Of a DNA stretch of 40,951 nt, positions 36,841 to 40,951 are shown piece by piece (positions within the stretch are counted from its first letter, which is position 1; every line of letters begins with the position of its first letter). The notes below the pieces were generated by a model. That model made no database searches. It was not told the origin of the DNA and saw only the letters and a list, made by a program, of their open reading frames with translations. Source of the DNA: Candidatus Iainarchaeum sp. (lineage in GTDB: Archaea > Iainarchaeota > Iainarchaeia > Iainarchaeales > UBA10191). The position numbers and the translations under genes were made by a program. Location of the stretch: positions 1 through 40,951 of the forward strand of contig JAUSFL010000019.1 of NCBI GenBank assembly GCA_030649735.1, read 5' to 3'.

Positions 36841-36844
36841 GCTT

Positions 36845-37174
36845 TCAGCCCCTTTCAGCCAAGGCCTTCATTGTTGAAAACAATGCATTGCACCTGTCAA
36901 AAGCGTCCTTTAAAGTGGTTTTTTGCACTATGCTATTTCCTTCAACAAAATTGACTAATGCTTTTTCCTTGCAGCCGTCAATTCCTTGATAGACTCCGAC
37001 CTTTAATTCCAACCCTTCAACCTGCGCCTGGAGTTTTTTGTTGTTTCCAGCCAATGCCTTGAAGTTTGCGTCAAGCGAATTGCCCAAAACCCCCTGCTTT
37101 ACTTGCTCTTGCTGTGCGCAGCCCGCAAGAAGCAAAATCGCCAAAATCCCAAGAATTGCAAAGATTTCTTTCAT
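36845..37174 (-). CDS. putative lipoprotein
   Basis: Hydrophobic signal ending in the lipobox LLAGC; short coiled coil. Confidence 0.7.
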   Translation of the reverse strand: MKEIFAILGILAILLLAGCAQQEQVKQGVLGNSLDANFKALAGNNKKLQAQVEGLELKVGVYQGIDGCKEKALVNFVEGNSIVQKTTLKDAFDRCNALFSTMKALAERG

Positions 37175-37228
37175 GCTTTAAATCAAGGCTGAACGGTATT
37201 ATAATGTTTTCCAAAACCCTTTTGTTCA

Positions 37229-38164
37229 ATGAACACTGCAAAGCAAGTCGAGGAAATCCAGAAGAAAATTTTCGAAAAGGCATTTGTTGTTTCAGACTCG
37301 CGCTTCATACTGCCGCACGAGAAAAACACAGAGCTTGCAGAACAGTACTTTTCAGGCATTAAGGCATGGCAGGAAAATGTGATTGTTGTCGGAAACTTTG
37401 CAGAATGCTTCCAGTACCACACTCCGGAAAAGGCAATGCAAAAAATCCAAAAATACAAGGAAGGCTTTAGAAAACAATTCGGGCAAAACCCGGAATTCTT
37501 CAAGGGCGAAAATTTTGAAAAGGAAGTTTTGGACGCAATTTACCGCATTGACCCGTTCCTGAAGGAAAAAGACCTTTTGGTTTTCTTCAAGGCTTTTGAA
37601 AGGATTCTGGAATTTTTTGGGAACCGCAGAATATTTTTTGTCTTGGGCAACCTGGATTACTGCCTTGAAAGCTTTTACAAGGAATACTTGTCTTTAGGCG
37701 GGAAAGAATTGGGAATTTCATTCCTGCACTCGAACGAGGTTTTAAGGATTGAAAACTTTGAGTTTTATTCAATAAACTCTTTCGACAATTTTCCAAACCA
37801 CGAGCAAGGCTTTGACTCTGAAATCTCCAATATCCGCTCTCTTTTGAAGGAAAGCGACCCCGGTTGCGCGAGAATCTTGCTTTCCGACATTCCTTCAACG
37901 CGCGCAAACCCAAAGCTTGGCTCGAAAAAAATCAATGACTTCTTGAAGGAAGGATTGTTTGACTTTCATTTTTTCGGCCACAAGATTGGCGAAAGCGGCC
38001 GCTCCAGCATTACCACAGTGGACTTTCAAGGCATTTCAAAAAAAATCGGATTTTACAACGCGTTCATTGAGAAAATCCAGAAAAAGCAGGAAGAGAAAGC
38101 ATTTGAAGAATTCTTTGAAAAGCCGGGCGAACAGAAAACGCTTGAAGGATTCTTTGGAAAATAA
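37229..38164 (+). CDS. calcineurin-like metallophosphoesterase-fold protein with degenerate active site
   Basis: Motif positions VVSDSR, VVGN, FVLGNLD, LLSDIP, FFGHK. Confidence 0.65.
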   Translation: MNTAKQVEEIQKKIFEKAFVVSDSRFILPHEKNTELAEQYFSGIKAWQENVIVVGNFAECFQYHTPEKAMQKIQKYKEGFRKQFGQNPEFFKGENFEKEVLDAIYRIDPFLKEKDLLVFFKAFERILEFFGNRRIFFVLGNLDYCLESFYKEYLSLGGKELGISFLHSNEVLRIENFEFYSINSFDNFPNHEQGFDSEISNIRSLLKESDPGCARILLSDIPSTRANPKLGSKKINDFLKEGLFDFHFFGHKIGESGRSSITTVDFQGISKKIGFYNAFIEKIQKKQEEKAFEEFFEKPGEQKTLEGFFGK

Positions 38165-38236
38165 AAAAAAAGGGAAAAGCGCCCGAGGGTGAATAGTCCT
38201 GCGAGAACTCTTTAGCGAGCTATAAGACCTCCATTT

Positions 38237-38368
38237 TTATTTTTTGTGCGAGCTTAAAAGGCGTAATAGGATTGTTTCGTAAGTTTCGCCTTTCTTGCCC
38301 ACAGCCTTAAGCTTTTCCCGGGTTTCAGGGGTTAATTGGATTGTTGTAATACCAGTTTTGTAAGGCAT
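38237..38368 (-). CDS. small ribbon-helix-helix DNA-binding/antitoxin-like protein (43 aa), not in the ORF track
   Basis: MPYKTGITTIQLTPETREKLKAVGKKGETYETILLRLLSSHKK; TTTATTAA 23 nt upstream. Confidence 0.8.
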   Translation of the reverse strand: MPYKTGITTIQLTPETREKLKAVGKKGETYETILLRLLSSHKK

Positions 38369-38434
38369 GTTTTATATGAAGCCTATAGTGGTTAATAAAA
38401 CTAGCTGTTCATAAAAAGATTTAATGCTTAAAAC

Positions 38435-38464
38435 ATAGGCACTACAACTACCTGTAGTGCCTAT
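38435..38464. repeat. perfect 12-6-12 inverted repeat
   Basis: ATAGGCACTACA-ACTACC-TGTAGTGCCTAT. Confidence 0.92.
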
Positions 38465-38505
38465 TTGTAGCAAGTCTTTTAAGAACTTTAAAAGAATTGT
38501 TAGTT

Positions 38506-39162
38506 ATGAAAAAACTTTTCTTACTCCTTTCCCTTTTGTTAATGACTATTTTTTATAATTCAGTACTGGCTGCTCAAAGTAGTGAAAATTATCTTAATTG
38601 CGTTGCTGATAAAATAAGTTCCTTTTGCGCGAAAGATATAATTGGATATTCTTGTGAAAAAAACCCAAGCTATAGCCCTGATCAGAATAATTATTATAAT
38701 TGCGTAAAAGCTACTCCAACAAAGGAAGCAATCTTAAAAATTATAAAAGATTTTGATGCTAACACCCCAATAGTTTTTGAAACTGGGAGTGGAGCAGTTG
38801 TTTTGGCTTGCTTAGATCCATTAACACAAAACGTAAGATACTTGGGTTATAACCAACCCGAACAATACTCTTTTGATAATCAAGTCTTGTCCTGCCCGGA
38901 AAACAATGTTACTGTTAATGCCCCAAATGCAAATGTTGCGATTGGTTCGCCAGGCGCAAAACAAACACAAGGGGATACTTATGAAAACAACCCCTCTAGC
39001 AATTTTGCAAATAATGCTACTGGCGCAGTTATAAACCAAAGTAATCAAAACATAACAATAAACTTTACACTGGCTTTAGAGCTTGCTTTGCTAGGATCAG
39101 CAATAACTTTTACATTTTTTGAATTACAAAATCAGATGAAAAAGCGCAAAAATAAGACTTAA
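38506..39162 (+). CDS. putative membrane-anchored secreted/surface protein
   Basis: Signal peptide MKKLFLLLSLLL..VLA, 6 Cys, Asn-rich stalk, C-terminal TM helix and basic tail. Confidence 0.75.
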   Translation: MKKLFLLLSLLLMTIFYNSVLAAQSSENYLNCVADKISSFCAKDIIGYSCEKNPSYSPDQNNYYNCVKATPTKEAILKIIKDFDANTPIVFETGSGAVVLACLDPLTQNVRYLGYNQPEQYSFDNQVLSCPENNVTVNAPNANVAIGSPGAKQTQGDTYENNPSSNFANNATGAVINQSNQNITINFTLALELALLGSAITFTFFELQNQMKKRKNKT

Positions 39163-39181
39163 ATTCTGTAAATTAAAGTGC

Positions 39182-39206
39182 GTAGTGCCTATGTTGTAGG
39201 CACTAC
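39182..39206. repeat. 10-5-10 inverted repeat of the same motif with arms reversed
   Basis: GTAGTGCCTA-TGTTG-TAGGCACTAC; lies between convergent stop codons. Confidence 0.9.
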
Positions 39207-39721
39207 AATCTATAAGTCAAGAACTTGTTGTCTTTTTTTGGCTCTATTGCCTTAATGTAATCATTTAATTGTTGGATTAGTTGTTTGGCTTCTTGGGTTT
39301 CTTTTACTAGGCTTTTGTTTTTGTTGTCTATGAGTTTTGTTTGTTTGCCGTCAAAGCGGATTATGTATTCTGTTTCGAACTCGCAGGCCGTAGTGCCTAT
39401 TTCTATTAGTTTTTGCAACTCTTTAGGCAATCTTTGCAATTGGTTGACTTTTCTTTCAATGATTTTTTCAAAATCCTTCACTGCATTAATTGCATAGTAT
39501 GTTGTGGGGTCTGTTCCAGTGCTTGCAATGATTTTTTCACGAATTAGGTCTTTTAGCACTTGGTAGATTTTGTTAATGCTTATTTGGGTTTCGTGGCTTA
39601 ATTGCTTGGCGGTTTTGACGTCTCCAAACATTAACGCATGATAGATTTTAGCATGCATTAAACCAAAGCCGGAAATTGCATTACTGAACAAACTCCTAAT
39701 CCTCAAAATCCTTTCATCCAT
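39203..39721 (-). CDS. TrmB family transcriptional regulator (HTH)
   Basis: FGL..AKIYHAL..KTAKQLSHETQISINKIYQVLKDL...PTTYYA; ATG 39721 after GGGAG. Confidence 0.85.
   Translation of the reverse strand: MDERILRIRSLFSNAISGFGLMHAKIYHALMFGDVKTAKQLSHETQISINKIYQVLKDLIREKIIASTGTDPTTYYAINAVKDFEKIIERKVNQLQRLPKELQKLIEIGTTACEFETEYIIRFDGKQTKLIDNKNKSLVKETQEAKQLIQQLNDYIKAIEPKKDNKFLTYRL
39390..39402. repeat. fifth copy of the motif, inside the TrmB CDS
   Basis: GTAGTGCCTATTT is identical to 38454-38466. Confidence 0.8.
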
Positions 39722-39919
39722 AAAACTCCCAAAATTCTCCCTAATACAATTGCCGCTTTCACGGTTTATATACATAAGGTTTAATTCGAATCAACCAACA
39801 GGTTGAAAAAATTAGAAGAAAAAGCATGGCAAACAGCAATGAAAGAGTAAGTTTATTCGTTTAGGGTTCTTTTAGAGCTTCCTACTGGAGTTCCTTGCTC
39901 TTTTGGGATTTTGAATTCT

Positions 39920-40339
39920 TCAAGCTTTTTGATTTTCTTCCTTAATTTTTATTACTGGCCTTTCGCTGTCATGGTCTTTTACAATGTTTATGGAGAGTGC
40001 CTCTTTTTTGCTTTCCCTTTTTAGGTGACAAGGCATACAAATGACAAAATCAGACCATGAGTTCAATTTTGTTTCTACAATCCGGTCATTTTCTTTGTCA
40101 TAAATGCTAAAAGAACTTTCTTTGACGAAATATTGTTCTCTTTCTTTAATCTTCTTTCCGCAATCTTCGCAAGAAATCAGGTTTTCCCCATAGGTGTGAA
40201 TTAGATTATCTAAGTATTTTTTGAGCAGTTCTTCAGGAGTTTTTGAATCTCCGTTTGCTATTTTTGTGAGAATTTTCATTTCATCCTCCGTCAAGTCAAC
40301 GTTTATTTCACTTTTTGCGGTTTTTTCACTTTTCATCAT
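39920..40339 (-). CDS. hypothetical RHH-like + C4 zinc-finger protein
   Basis: INVDLTEDEMKIL..PEELLKKYL; CEDC...CMPC; GGTGAT RBS before ATG ATG. Confidence 0.7.
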   Translation of the reverse strand: MMKSEKTAKSEINVDLTEDEMKILTKIANGDSKTPEELLKKYLDNLIHTYGENLISCEDCGKKIKEREQYFVKESSFSIYDKENDRIVETKLNSWSDFVICMPCHLKRESKKEALSINIVKDHDSERPVIKIKEENQKA

Positions 40340-40455
40340 CAAATCACCAGTAGGAATTGGCCCTTCCTTGCTTTTTAAGAGTGTGCGCGACAAAACAATA
40401 GTAATTTGTCATACGTGGAGTTATACATTTAAAGGGGTTGGTATAAGAATTATTC

Positions 40456-40866
40456 ATGAGCAAACCAAGAAACAGAGACATTTACGCAAAAGAATTGAAC
40501 GATTTACCACTCAGCTTCCGCACGAACAAAAAAAACTTTGTCAAGCTAAAAGAGCTATTAGGAACCACAAATACCAGCAAGGCCATCAACGAAGCAATCA
40601 AACATTATCTATCATCAAAAAACACTCTTGAAAGCAATTATGAATGTGACTCTTGCAATAAAAAAATCCTCAAACAGGAACCTTACTATTGTAACTTAGA
40701 CCAGCTTGAAATACGAACTGATGATGAAATTGTTGTTACTAAAGCGGAACCGGTAAAGATAATCTGTCTAAAATGTGCAAAAAAAGACCCAAAAATACTA
40801 GAATTTATTGAATCAGAAGACAACGGCAAAGGAGATCAAGTAAAAGAAAGCAATCGAATCGAATAA
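40456..40866 (+). CDS. hypothetical RHH-like + C4 zinc-finger protein
   Basis: LSFRTN...TSKAINEAIKHYL; CDSC...CLKC; TTTAAA ~22 nt upstream. Confidence 0.75.
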   Translation: MSKPRNRDIYAKELNDLPLSFRTNKKNFVKLKELLGTTNTSKAINEAIKHYLSSKNTLESNYECDSCNKKILKQEPYYCNLDQLEIRTDDEIVVTKAEPVKIICLKCAKKDPKILEFIESEDNGKGDQVKESNRIE

Positions 40867-40951
40867 TCGAAGATTAAAATGAAAAAGAGTGTATTAATAT
40901 GTCAATAATATTTGTTTATGGAACAATCAAAAAAGGGTACTATAACCACAC

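Larger units (their letters stand above)
38170..40951. mobile_element. putative edge of an integrated element/genomic island
   Basis: Visibly more AT-rich, with a different codon style. Contains only small regulators and ORFans plus clustered repeats. No integrase within the window. Confidence 0.4.

Noticed and set aside
239-37913. Numerous antisense or alternate-frame ORFs in the track (e.g. 5633-6289, 9731-10396, 13293-13802)
   Set aside because: They are shadows overlapping well-supported genes and have no motifs or RBS.
38432-39402. CRISPR array or IS/MITE interpretation of the repeats
   Set aside because: Repeats are too short, irregularly spaced and in mixed orientation; there is no cas or transposase gene and no clear target-site duplication.
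39850-39935. Possible frameshifted C-terminal extension (KIKKLEEFKIPKEQG...) of the 39920 ORF
   Set aside because: Short open alternate frame in A-rich sequence, with no independent support.

Overview
This is an archaeal genomic window. Supporting evidence: GGTGA/AGGTG Shine-Dalgarno motifs, TTTAAA-type TATA boxes ~21-23 nt before leaderless genes, an archaeal-type TyrRS, tRNA genes without encoded CCA and a TrmB regulator. By gene style it is most like a DPANN Iainarchaeota/Diapherotrites genome (inference). Contents in order: (1) the 3' end of a group 3b-like [NiFe]-hydrogenase operon with an MBL-fold gene, a maturation protease, an atypical HypC and a DUF6390-like protein with a HypC-like C-terminus; (2) an aromatic amino-acid cluster (trpEGD-aroDEKAC-chorismate mutase-tyrA, plus pheA), with a Trp-containing leader uORF and a TyrA bearing Sm-like and FDX-ACB-like C-terminal domains; (3) thrC, cysS, tyrS, dapL-lysA and argB(NAT)-argC, many of bacterial type; (4) a LysW-like Zn-ribbon protein and an unannotated 43-aa hyperacidic peptide gene; (5) repair genes, tRNA-Leu(CAA) and tRNA-Ser(GCT); (6) from ~38.2 kb, an AT-rich island-like segment. 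In that segment a surface-protein gene is bracketed by palindromes built from a 10-bp motif (TAGGCACTAC, 5 copies), next to TrmB, RHH and paired RHH-zinc-finger genes. All family calls come from motif recognition by eye; no database searches were run.
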